18,437 bases of DNA from Promethearchaeota archaeon (GCA_019058015.1 JAHLWH010000080.1:1-18437), one strand, 5' to 3'; counted from the stretch's first letter, positions 5,525 through 14,502 are shown. Notes: generated from the sequence alone by a model not told the origin. Program-made: numbers and translations.

Positions 5525-8056
5525 ATGGATATATATTCAATTTTATCTCATCCATTTAGGAGGAAGATTTTATTACTTCTTGATAAAGAAGGTTATATCT
5601 CTTACACAGAATTGATGGATAGGTTAGGTTTAGAGACTACTGGGCAATTAAATTTTCACCTTAAAAAACTTGGGACTTTAATAAATAAAGATAAAAAATC
5701 CTATTTTCTCACGGAGGACGGAAAACGAGTTATAAATTTAATGAATATTGATAAAAAAATTTTGGCAGGTGAGGATATTGAATATTTGGATAAGGTTGGT
5801 AGTGAGATTAATCGAGTGGGGGTTATTATTTGTAAATGCAATACTGAAATTTCTAATCTTATAAGTATTAATGCACTTGAAAATTATATTAAAAGAATTC
5901 CCAATGTAGTTGCTGTGAAGATTTTTGATAATCTTTGCCAAGAGAAAAATTTAGAAAAGATTACTAAATGGTCTAAAGATAATTATTTGAATAAGATTGT
6001 TATTGCTGCGTGTTCTCCAAAAACTCATTTGCATATATTTGAAAGAATTTTTGATGGAGTTATTGATAAAGTTAATATTGAAATTGCTAATATTAGGGAG
6101 CAATGTTGCTGGGTGCATCTAAAAGAACCTACTTTAGCGTTAAAAAAAGCGCAAATTTTGATTGAGGCAGCGGTTGAACGAGTTGCGCTTCAAAAAGATG
6201 TTCAAGTAAAAACTGTTAAAATTGAAAAAAGTTGTGCCATTTTAGGTGGTGGAATTGCTGGAATGACACTTGCATTGAATTTATCAAGAGCAGGAATTAA
6301 AGTCTATTTAATTGAAAAAACTCCAACATTAGGTGGTAAAATTGCCAGGTGGAGTAAAATTTATGGAATGGGTGATTGTTCAATTTGTCTTATGTCAGAA
6401 ATGATAGGTGAGGTTGTTAAAGAAAAAAATATCGAAATTTTAACTAATACTGAAATAGAAAAAGTATCAGGTGAAGTAGGAAATTTTTCAATTGATTTGG
6501 TTAAAAAACCCCGATATGTTGATGAAAAGAAATGTACTGGATGTAAAAGATGTATTGAAATTTGCAGTATAGAAAAAAGTAATCAATATGAATTTGGATT
6601 AACAGCAAGGAAGTTAATTTATATTCCTTATGTTCAATCTTATCCATATGCTCCAGTGATTGACCAAGAAGATATTGAAACTTGCCGACAATGTAGAATT
6701 TGCGAGCGAGCTTGCAATAATAATGCGATTGATTTGGATCAGAAATTTGAAAAAATAAGGATTAGAGTTGGAACAAAAGTAATTGCAATTGGTGCGGATT
6801 TTTATTCTGAATTAAAACCTTATAACCATAATCCACAAAATGACGTAATTATATCTCCGGAATTTGAACGTATCTTATCAGCGGATGGTCCAACGGAAGG
6901 TAAAATTTTGAAATTATCTGATGGAAAACCACCGAAATCAATCTCAATAATTCAAGGTTTAGGTCCATTTGATTATTTAGCGGAATATTGTGGTACTCTC
7001 GCCATAAAGTATTTAGAATCTATTTATTCACAACTTCCTGATTGTAAAATTAACATATTTTTTGATTTAAATAAAATTAAGAAATCTACTGGATTTATGT
7101 TAGATCCATCTGATGAAAGATTTCATTATTATGAAAATATTGAAATCATAGAGAAAGGAAATAAGAAAATAATAATTTCTGATTCAGAGCAGTATCCCTC
7201 CGATATGATCGTGTTAAATGTCAATTTTGTTCCAAATAAAGATTTAAAAGAACTTCGAAAGACTTTAGATTTTACATTAGACGATCATGGTTTTATGAGT
7301 GAGGAAACGCTGGCATCCGGTATTTTTGGTGTTGGTTCAATTAAAGGTCCATTAGATTATAATTCAGTGATCTCATCTTCCAATGATGTAGCTATTAAAA
7401 TTATTTCATTGTTATCAAATGATTATTTAATTACAGAATTTAGCGGTATCGAAATCAAAGAAGAGAATTGCGGATTGTGTGGTTTATGCATATTATCTTG
7501 TCCTTACAATGCAATCACAATTGAGGCAGATAAAATTGCGATTGATAAATTCAAATGTAAAGGATGCGGAACGTGTGTAAGTGTTTGTCCCACAAATGCA
7601 CTTGACTTAAACATTGATACTACTGAGAAGATACTAAAATCAATTGAGGTATTTTCTAAATTCAATTTACGACCAAAAATAATTGCATTCTGCTGTCGTT
7701 CTTGTGGATATGGTGCAGCCGATGAAGCTGGCTTAAAGAAACTTTCCTATAATCCCAACATCTTTATTATTAAAGTTCCATGCACAGGGCGGGTAGATAC
7801 GAGTTTAATTTTTAAATCTTTCGAATTAGGATTTGATGGAGTAATGATTATTGGTTGCAGAAAAGATTCCTGCCGATATATAAATAGTGTAGATCAAGTA
7901 AGACAAAAAGTTAAACTTTTAAAAGAAGTTTTAGGTCCTATTGCTGAAAATCGAATAATTCGTAAATCATTAAGCGCAGTTGAGGGCAATAAATTTGCAG
8001 AGATTGTAAATTCTTTTTATGAAAGATTATCAGAGGAGATTAAAAATGAAACCTAA
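5525..8056 (+). CDS. hdrA: Winged-HTH / HdrA / MvhD triple fusion protein
   Basis: aa 1-75 form an ArsR-like archaeal wHTH (LSHPFRRKILLLL...SYTELM...TGQLNFHLKKL...YFLTEDG). HdrA motifs: RVGVIICKC, AACSP, NIREQCCWVH, GGGIAG, EKTPTLGG, DCSIC, KKPRYVD, four ferredoxin-type CxxCxxCxxxC motifs, EFER. C-terminal MvhD motifs: FCCRSCGYGAAD, VPCTGRVD, GCRKDSCRY. SD GGGAG at 5511. Confidence 0.92.
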   Translation: MDIYSILSHPFRRKILLLLDKEGYISYTELMDRLGLETTGQLNFHLKKLGTLINKDKKSYFLTEDGKRVINLMNIDKKILAGEDIEYLDKVGSEINRVGVIICKCNTEISNLISINALENYIKRIPNVVAVKIFDNLCQEKNLEKITKWSKDNYLNKIVIAACSPKTHLHIFERIFDGVIDKVNIEIANIREQCCWVHLKEPTLALKKAQILIEAAVERVALQKDVQVKTVKIEKSCAILGGGIAGMTLALNLSRAGIKVYLIEKTPTLGGKIARWSKIYGMGDCSICLMSEMIGEVVKEKNIEILTNTEIEKVSGEVGNFSIDLVKKPRYVDEKKCTGCKRCIEICSIEKSNQYEFGLTARKLIYIPYVQSYPYAPVIDQEDIETCRQCRICERACNNNAIDLDQKFEKIRIRVGTKVIAIGADFYSELKPYNHNPQNDVIISPEFERILSADGPTEGKILKLSDGKPPKSISIIQGLGPFDYLAEYCGTLAIKYLESIYSQLPDCKINIFFDLNKIKKSTGFMLDPSDERFHYYENIEIIEKGNKKIIISDSEQYPSDMIVLNVNFVPNKDLKELRKTLDFTLDDHGFMSEETLASGIFGVGSIKGPLDYNSVISSSNDVAIKIISLLSNDYLITEFSGIEIKEENCGLCGLCILSCPYNAITIEADKIAIDKFKCKGCGTCVSVCPTNALDLNIDTTEKILKSIEVFSKFNLRPKIIAFCCRSCGYGAADEAGLKKLSYNPNIFIIKVPCTGRVDTSLIFKSFELGFDGVMIIGCRKDSCRYINSVDQVRQKVKLLKEVLGPIAENRIIRKSLSAVEGNKFAEIVNSFYERLSEEIKNET

Positions 8057-8807
8057 TTTCTTAATCGAATCATTGACTTCTTGTAGTGGTTGTATCTCAA
8101 CAATGATTTCATTAGATATTTTTCCTCAATTTCTTGATAAGGTAAATCTCGTTCGTTGTTCATTTATGAGAGATGAAAATAATATCTCTGAAAATGATAT
8201 CGCTTTAATTGAGGGATGTGTTTCAGAGGAAAAACAAATCGATATTCTTAAAAATATTCGGAGTAAATCCAAGAGAGTAATTGCTTTAGGAACTTGTGCT
8301 GCTTTTGGTGGAATGCTTGCACTTTCCACTGTAAAAGAAGCAGAACCCATATCCAATTATATAGAAGTAGATGGAATAATTCCTGGATGTCCACCACCTT
8401 CTAAATTATTAGGCAATTGTATTATTAGACTGCTAGAAAATAAAGAGATTATTTTGCCTGAAAAAAATGTTTGTGCAGATTGCGAATTTAGAACTGATAA
8501 TATTGAAAGCAAATTTATGAAACGAATTAATAAACTAATGCCTAGAGAGTATAACTTAGATATCGAAAATAAAGATAAACGTTGCTTTTTAGAAAGAGGA
8601 ATTTTATGTTTGGGACCAATAACTAGAGATGGTTGTGAATCTAAGTGCATTAAATTGAACCTTCCTTGTGATGGGTGCATGGGACCAATTAAAAACGATT
8701 TTACCTCTAATGCCATTAATTTTTTGAGCACTGTAAATCTTGCCAAAGGTCTAAGGAAATATAAAGGAATTTTCTATCGTTATTCAAAACCAAAAACCAA
8801 GAGGTAA
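8046..8807 (+). CDS. mvhG: Group 3 [NiFe]-hydrogenase small subunit (MvhG-like)
   Basis: Motifs SCSGC, IEGCV, ALGTCAAFGG, IPGCPP, VCADC, CFL..GILCLGPITRDGC..KC....PCDGCMGP. Start moved to ATG 8046 (SD GAGGAG at 8033-8038), overlapping the hdrA stop. Confidence 0.9.
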   Translation: MKPNFLIESLTSCSGCISTMISLDIFPQFLDKVNLVRCSFMRDENNISENDIALIEGCVSEEKQIDILKNIRSKSKRVIALGTCAAFGGMLALSTVKEAEPISNYIEVDGIIPGCPPPSKLLGNCIIRLLENKEIILPEKNVCADCEFRTDNIESKFMKRINKLMPREYNLDIENKDKRCFLERGILCLGPITRDGCESKCIKLNLPCDGCMGPIKNDFTSNAINFLSTVNLAKGLRKYKGIFYRYSKPKTKR

Positions 8808-8813
8808 AAAATT

Positions 8814-10118
8814 ATGAAGAAAGTAGTTGATGTATGCACCCGGGTTGAAGGACATGGAAATATAAAAATTTTACTTCAGAAAGATGAAATTACAAGTGTG
8901 AATTTTGATCTTGAGATATTTCGAGCGTTTGAAAATTTATTACTTGATAAGAGGTTGATTGATGTTCCTAGAATTGCATCAAGAATATGTGGATTGTGTC
9001 ACGCATCACAGACAATAACTAGTTGTAAAGCAATAGAGAGTATGTATGAAGTCGAACCCTCCAATCAATCAGTTCTTTTGAGACGACTATTAATGATTGG
9101 TGAGTTGATAAAATCTCATTCTATGCATTTCTTTTTTCAAGCATTTCCCGACCTTTTTGTAATTTTGGATAAACAACCAAAACCACTCTCACTGAATGAA
9201 TTAATCCATTTTGATCCTAAATTAACTTCAAATATGTATGAATTAATAAAAATCGGCAATGAAATTGTGAATTTATTTGGTGGAAGATCTGTTCATTTAA
9301 TAACACCCATTATCGGTGGTGTTTTTTTTTCTCTATCCAAAAAAGAAATAAATATTGCACGGAAATATCTGCAAAATTCTATAAATAATTTAAAATGGAT
9401 TATTGAGCGATTCCAAGAGATATTTTCTCAATTTGATCCTCCTGATGTTTATTCCTTACCAAATCCTGCTTATATGGGAATGCATAATGATGAGAAATAT
9501 GACCGGTATAATGGACTCTTACGATTAGCACAAAATAATAAAATTATCGCAGATTTTCCCGTATATAAACATTCGCAATATTTTGATAAGCAGGAGGATA
9601 TACGTGGAATTGATTTCTATTTAAAAAACGACCAAAACATTCTTGTTGGCCCACTCGCACGATATAAAATAATTAATGATTATGGAATAGATGAACTGCA
9701 ATCCTATATTGGACTTTTTAATAAAGAATGGCAAAATAGTATTTTATTCTCAAACGTTATCAGGCTAATAGAAATGATGTTTGTTTCTTACGAAGGGTTA
9801 TCAATTCTAGACGATACTGAATTGACACAAAAAAATGAAATTAATCCTATTAATTTTTTAAGAAATAATGAAGGACTCGGCATGGTTGAAGCACCTCGAG
9901 GAACTCTCATACACTATTATCATGTAAATAAAAAGAGATTAATTGATAAAGTGAAGCTTTTTATTGCAACTGAAATTAATTTGCCAATTATTGATGAAAT
10001 CCTAACAACACAAAGCCAAAAATTGTATGAAAGAACTGGTGATTTTAATCAGATAAAAAAACAAGCGCAAATGATTATAAGATCGTTTGACCCCTGTATC
10101 TCTTGCGCAACTCATTAA
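8814..10118 (+). CDS. mvhA: Group 3 [NiFe]-hydrogenase large subunit (MvhA-like) with sensory-type features
   Basis: Motifs TRVEGHG, L1 RICGLCHASQ, SHSMHFFF, GGRSVH, VGPLAR, EAPRGTLIH, and L2 RSFDPCISCATH followed directly by the stop. SD GAGGT overlaps the mvhG stop. Confidence 0.92.
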   Translation: MKKVVDVCTRVEGHGNIKILLQKDEITSVNFDLEIFRAFENLLLDKRLIDVPRIASRICGLCHASQTITSCKAIESMYEVEPSNQSVLLRRLLMIGELIKSHSMHFFFQAFPDLFVILDKQPKPLSLNELIHFDPKLTSNMYELIKIGNEIVNLFGGRSVHLITPIIGGVFFSLSKKEINIARKYLQNSINNLKWIIERFQEIFSQFDPPDVYSLPNPAYMGMHNDEKYDRYNGLLRLAQNNKIIADFPVYKHSQYFDKQEDIRGIDFYLKNDQNILVGPLARYKIINDYGIDELQSYIGLFNKEWQNSILFSNVIRLIEMMFVSYEGLSILDDTELTQKNEINPINFLRNNEGLGMVEAPRGTLIHYYHVNKKRLIDKVKLFIATEINLPIIDEILTTQSQKLYERTGDFNQIKKQAQMIIRSFDPCISCATH

Positions 10119-10289
10119 ATTTATTTTTAAGTATAGAATATACTATTCTCTTATAATTAAGAAATGACAAATTATTTTTTGTTTATTTTTAAGCAATTTG
10201 GAAAAGAAGAATATCGTGCTAAAAAGCATATTAAATCAATTAGGATTAGAGAATTTTATCATAGGAATTATGCTGATTGAGGTAAGCTT

Positions 10290-10997
10290 ATGGTTGGATT
10301 AAAAACTAAAATTTCTAAAGAAAAATTAAGACTTCTTATCATATTTATTCTGTTATCTGCTTCACTTTTTTTACAATATTATTTTCAATTTATTCTAAAA
10401 ATAAGCATTATTTTTTCCCATTTCTTTTATATCCCTATTATTTTTGCATGTCTTTGGTGGAAAAACAAAGGCTTGGTTGTACCAATCTTTCTCTCTGGAT
10501 TACTCATTTTCTTTCCCATTTTAAGTGGATTGGATATGTTTTTTAATAATCTTATTGAAAATATTTTTCGAGCTGTCTTAATTTTATTTATTGGTATTGT
10601 AGTTGTCATTTTAAGCAAGCAAATCTTAAAGGCAGAAAATAAATTAAAAGAACGAGTTAAGGAACTTAATTGTTTATATAATATTATTGAATTGATTAAA
10701 AATCCAAACATATCAATTGAAGAAATTCTATTAGAAACTCAAAAGCAAATTCAAAATGCCTGGAAATTTCCGGATATGATATGTTCAAAAATAGTTTTTG
10801 ATAAAAAAGAATATTTAACAGACAACTATAAAAAAACCCCTTGGAAATTAACAGTTAAAAATTTAATAAAGGATAAGGAATTAAGTATTTCTGTACATTA
10901 TCTCAAGGAAAAACCCTTCCTTGAAGAAGAAAAGAATTTATTAGAGAAAATTGCTGAACAGTTAAAAGCTATTTTTGAATTTAAGTTATTAATGTAA
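10290..10997 (+). CDS. Membrane sensor-like protein: ~4 TM helices, a coiled coil and a GAF-like domain, with no output domain
   Basis: Hydrophobic N-terminal half with SHFFYIPII..C.WW. KERVKELNCLY...AWKFPDMICSKI...PFLEEEKNLL resembles a module recalled from PAS/histidine-kinase proteins. SD GAGGT at 10279-10283. Confidence 0.65.
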   Translation: MVGLKTKISKEKLRLLIIFILLSASLFLQYYFQFILKISIIFSHFFYIPIIFACLWWKNKGLVVPIFLSGLLIFFPILSGLDMFFNNLIENIFRAVLILFIGIVVVILSKQILKAENKLKERVKELNCLYNIIELIKNPNISIEEILLETQKQIQNAWKFPDMICSKIVFDKKEYLTDNYKKTPWKLTVKNLIKDKELSISVHYLKEKPFLEEEKNLLEKIAEQLKAIFEFKLLM

Positions 10998-11069
10998 TTT
11001 TCTTTGAGATTAAATTTATTAATCTTTAAAATAAAACCAAAAAAAATAGCTAATAATAAAGTTTGGTAA

Positions 11070-13319
11070 TTATTCCTCCTCTTCCTTAAATATTTCCTCT
11101 ACTTTATCGTTAGAATCTCTGAAAGGATGTAGAGCTCCTGACCAATCTAAAAGATGAGGTCTATGCTTTTCCTCAAACCATTCAACAAATTCTTTTAAAA
11201 GACTACGGTCTTCTAATGATTGTTTTCCTTTTACAAATAATGCTGAGAAAATATACTGCCCATATTCAATCAAAATTTTAATATCTCCATGGTCAATCGT
11301 CTTAAGCAATTCTGAACTCTTTGTTGTCTCTTTAATAAAAGCGGTAATGGCCGTAAACATTCCAGCAATTAAACCAGAATCCGCATAATCTACACCTTTG
11401 AAGTTGTAACTGAATATATCGCGTCCATCAGAGTAAATTACATATAATCCTTGCAGCTCGACTTTTTCATATTCATATGTGAATTCTGGAATCCAAAAAG
11501 AGATTTTTCCATTATAAAATAGATATTTTAAAGTAAAATAAAATCTCCGCATTTCTTCCTTCTCTATTGGTCTAATTTCTTTCAAAAATTTATTGTTCTT
11601 GATCTTTTCTAACAATTCTTTAACTTCTTCTCTTTCTTCAATTTTTTCTTCCTTAACTTCTGATTCAGGAGTTTTAACCACTAAATATCGATAGAGATCC
11701 GTGCGGTATGCCTCATATTTTGGAAATTCGGAAGTTCTTGAAAAAGATATCTTTTCAACTATTTTTTCTCCCTTAAGAACATTTTTAACAATAAAGATTT
11801 TATTTAAATAATATAAAATTAATCCCCAGATTAAGAGATTAAAAACATAGCGTGTATAAGTGAATGGAATCGCTATAATTTCTAATAATGGAAATTCACC
11901 TAGGTTGACTTTAAACAATACAGTCCTTATTGTGTAAATATCTTTATCAAATAATGAAAAATAAGCTGATGCACCAGTAATCCAATAATCTTCCGGAGCA
12001 AAATTGATTGGGGGGTAAAAACCTACAAACCTAATTAATATTGAGATTAAAATGACAATCCCTAGAAAGATAAAAGATGTTATGGCTATCTTTTTTATAA
12101 ATTGCATACTTCTCGCGAAAAGATATGCAAAAAGGATAACAGAAAAAATTAAAATAAATGTATTTATGATATTAAATAGATCCAATCTTAACGCATCTTC
12201 TAAAAATATAATATTTCCATAAGTAATATCAGCTTTTAATAGTAGTTCGTCAAAATATTCTTGACTTATAATTATTCCTATCTGTATTGGATTAATTAAA
12301 AATTGGTAAATAATAAGAAAAATAAGACAGCCTCCTACTCCAATAACTAAAGGAATATACCAATTTGTCCAATCTATCTTTCTTTTCTTTGTTTTTGCTT
12401 TTTTCCATAAATCAACTAACTTTATAAAAATTAAAATAGCAATAGGTTGAAAAATTTTATGGAATAAAATAAATATTCCAGCACCCATCATAAAATATGC
12501 GAAGAAATAAAGTATGAAAACGTAATTTGTAGTAGGATCCGCTAAAAATAATAAAATACTTAAAAGGGATATTGGAGTTCCTACTTGAAACAAACTTCTA
12601 AATGTATCTTCTCTCAATTTTTCTCCAATATATGCTCCTTTAAAGGAAATTTTACTACTATACACCAAGTGAATCCCAACTAATAGTGTAGCAATATATA
12701 CAAATAAAATTTCCACAAACCATCCCATAGTTGTTTCCCCAGTGGTTAAATCAATACTCTCTAAACCTAAAAGTTCGATTATGACGGATAATAAGTATAG
12801 AGATATTGGCAAAAGAACAATTAATAATTTTAAGAGTTGTTTTTCTTCCGACCAATCACCTTTTATTAGTCCCTCTTTTATCATATCAGAAGGACTTTTT
12901 TTAAATTCAAAAGTTAGATCGGCAAGTTTATCCCTCATAGCTCCCGGTTCTTTTCGTAATTTTCTCCATAATATAAGAAACGATAAAAATGGTCCCACCA
13001 GAAAGATAAATGTCAAAGTTGCAAAAGGATATTGCAAAAAATAACCAATTAGAGATATCATGTGAGAAAATATAAAAAAAAACGCTAAAAATATATTTCC
13101 TTGCTCTTCAGGATGTAATTGAAGCTCCTTAGGATCAATGTCTGTTTGAAACATAATTGGTAAAATCCAATATACTAGAAAGAAGATAACAATTCCTAAG
13201 AAGACTCTTAAATATAATTTTCCAATTAATCTTTTATAAATAAAAGGAATTGGAATTGCCAAAAAAATGATTGGTAGCCCATTTAATAACAATAAATAAA
13301 ATATTTCTATCGTTTCCAT
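11070..13319 (-). CDS. Polytopic membrane protein with a C-terminal Asgard longin-like domain
   Basis: More than 10 hydrophobic segments in the first ~510 aa. The C-terminal ~130 aa (GLYVIYSDGRDIF...DSGLIAGMFTAITAFIKE...IDHGDIKILIEYG...FVEWFEEKH...WSG) match the longin/profilin-like fold pattern common in Asgard proteins. Confidence 0.75.
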   Translation of the reverse strand: METIEIFYLLLLNGLPIIFLAIPIPFIYKRLIGKLYLRVFLGIVIFFLVYWILPIMFQTDIDPKELQLHPEEQGNIFLAFFFIFSHMISLIGYFLQYPFATLTFIFLVGPFLSFLILWRKLRKEPGAMRDKLADLTFEFKKSPSDMIKEGLIKGDWSEEKQLLKLLIVLLPISLYLLSVIIELLGLESIDLTTGETTMGWFVEILFVYIATLLVGIHLVYSSKISFKGAYIGEKLREDTFRSLFQVGTPISLLSILLFLADPTTNYVFILYFFAYFMMGAGIFILFHKIFQPIAILIFIKLVDLWKKAKTKKRKIDWTNWYIPLVIGVGGCLIFLIIYQFLINPIQIGIIISQEYFDELLLKADITYGNIIFLEDALRLDLFNIINTFILIFSVILFAYLFARSMQFIKKIAITSFIFLGIVILISILIRFVGFYPPINFAPEDYWITGASAYFSLFDKDIYTIRTVLFKVNLGEFPLLEIIAIPFTYTRYVFNLLIWGLILYYLNKIFIVKNVLKGEKIVEKISFSRTSEFPKYEAYRTDLYRYLVVKTPESEVKEEKIEEREEVKELLEKIKNNKFLKEIRPIEKEEMRRFYFTLKYLFYNGKISFWIPEFTYEYEKVELQGLYVIYSDGRDIFSYNFKGVDYADSGLIAGMFTAITAFIKETTKSSELLKTIDHGDIKILIEYGQYIFSALFVKGKQSLEDRSLLKEFVEWFEEKHRPHLLDWSGALHPFRDSNDKVEEIFKEEEE

Positions 13320-13378
13320 TTATAATACCTTATTTTTTATATTAAATTAATTATAATATACGTTAATTATTTACGTGA

Positions 13379-13389
13379 TTATATAAATA
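13379..13389 (+). promoter_or_regulatory. TATA-box candidate in the 85-bp divergent intergenic region
   Basis: TTATATAAATA about 20-25 nt upstream of ATG 13405, with no SD motif; compatible with a leaderless transcript. The AT-rich background weakens this call. Confidence 0.35.
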
Positions 13390-13404
13390 TTTGCTGATAA
13401 TTGG

Positions 13405-14502
13405 ATGAATAACATAGGAATAATCTCAGATAAAGACTTTGAAATGTTAAATGAACCACCTTTTCCCCGACCTTATTTTGAAGCTTTTGAAACACCTTTA
13501 AGAATTAAATGCATTAAGGATTACTTTGAAAAAGAGAAATTATTTGAAGATAATAGGATAAAAAAGATTCCAATAAGAAATCTCGAAAAGATTGAGACAA
13601 TTCTTGAATTAGTTCATACTAAATACCATGTTGATTCAATAAAATATTTTTCAAATTTAGCTTCTGGAAGTGTTGGTGAAACTGTATTCATTACTGAAGA
13701 GACATTTAAATTAGCAAAAAAGGCAATTGAAGGAACAATTACTGCTTTTAATTCCGTCATATCTGGAGAAGTTAATCAATCATTTGCTTTCATAAGACCC
13801 CCGGGTCATCATGCACTAAGAGATGTAGCTTCAGGTCTGTGTATTTTTAATAATATCGCAGTAGGTATTCAATATTTAAGAAAAATAAAAAAAAATGCGA
13901 AAAAATTCGCCATTATTGATATAGATAATCATTATGGAGATGGAATCGCCAAATTTTTTTATGAAGACCCAGAGGTCCTTTATTTTTCAATTCATGAGTA
14001 TGATTTTGATCAAGGGGAACTGGGTTTTATTCATGAGCTTGGAAATAATGAAGGTTTAGGCTATAACATTAATTTTCCAATACCTCCCAAAACTACTGAT
14101 AAGTATTATTTAGAGTTTTTTGATATTTTAGAGGCAGTGTTTTCAGAATTTAAACCTGAAATAATAATTGTTGCCTGCGGATTTGATTGTCACTACACCG
14201 ATCCCATCGGAAATTGTTTGCTTACAGCGAATTCCTACATCAAATTTACTCAAAAATTATTAATACTCGCAAATAATGTATGTAATGGGAAGATCTCATT
14301 TATCCTCGAAGGAGGATATAGCTTAAGTGCATTACCAATATGTTCTTACTCTATAGTTAAAACACTACTAGGTGATATGGTTAATCTACCTTCTCAAGAA
14401 AAAATAGAATTTCCCGAGGATTTAGATATCTCAAAAGTAATTGCTAAAGTAAAAGGGGAATTAAATAATCTATTAAGAGATTATTGGTCAAATATTTCCT
14501 AG
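13405..14502 (+). CDS. Zn-dependent histone deacetylase family protein (HDAC/AcuC/AphA)
   Basis: Motifs RPPGHHA, GLCIFNN, IIDIDNHYGDG, SIH, GFDCHYTDP and LEGGY. The catalytic His pair, Zn ligands and Tyr are all present. Confidence 0.93.
   Translation: MNNIGIISDKDFEMLNEPPFPRPYFEAFETPLRIKCIKDYFEKEKLFEDNRIKKIPIRNLEKIETILELVHTKYHVDSIKYFSNLASGSVGETVFITEETFKLAKKAIEGTITAFNSVISGEVNQSFAFIRPPGHHALRDVASGLCIFNNIAVGIQYLRKIKKNAKKFAIIDIDNHYGDGIAKFFYEDPEVLYFSIHEYDFDQGELGFIHELGNNEGLGYNINFPIPPKTTDKYYLEFFDILEAVFSEFKPEIIIVACGFDCHYTDPIGNCLLTANSYIKFTQKLLILANNVCNGKISFILEGGYSLSALPICSYSIVKTLLGDMVNLPSQEKIEFPEDLDISKVIAKVKGELNNLLRDYWSNIS

Noticed and set aside
5525-10118. Selenocysteine recoding in HdrA/MvhD/MvhA, known for some Lokiarchaeota and methanogen homologs
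   Set aside because: The frames contain no in-frame TGA and end in TAA. The relevant positions (DCSIC, MvhD Cys residues, DPCISC) are Cys codons.
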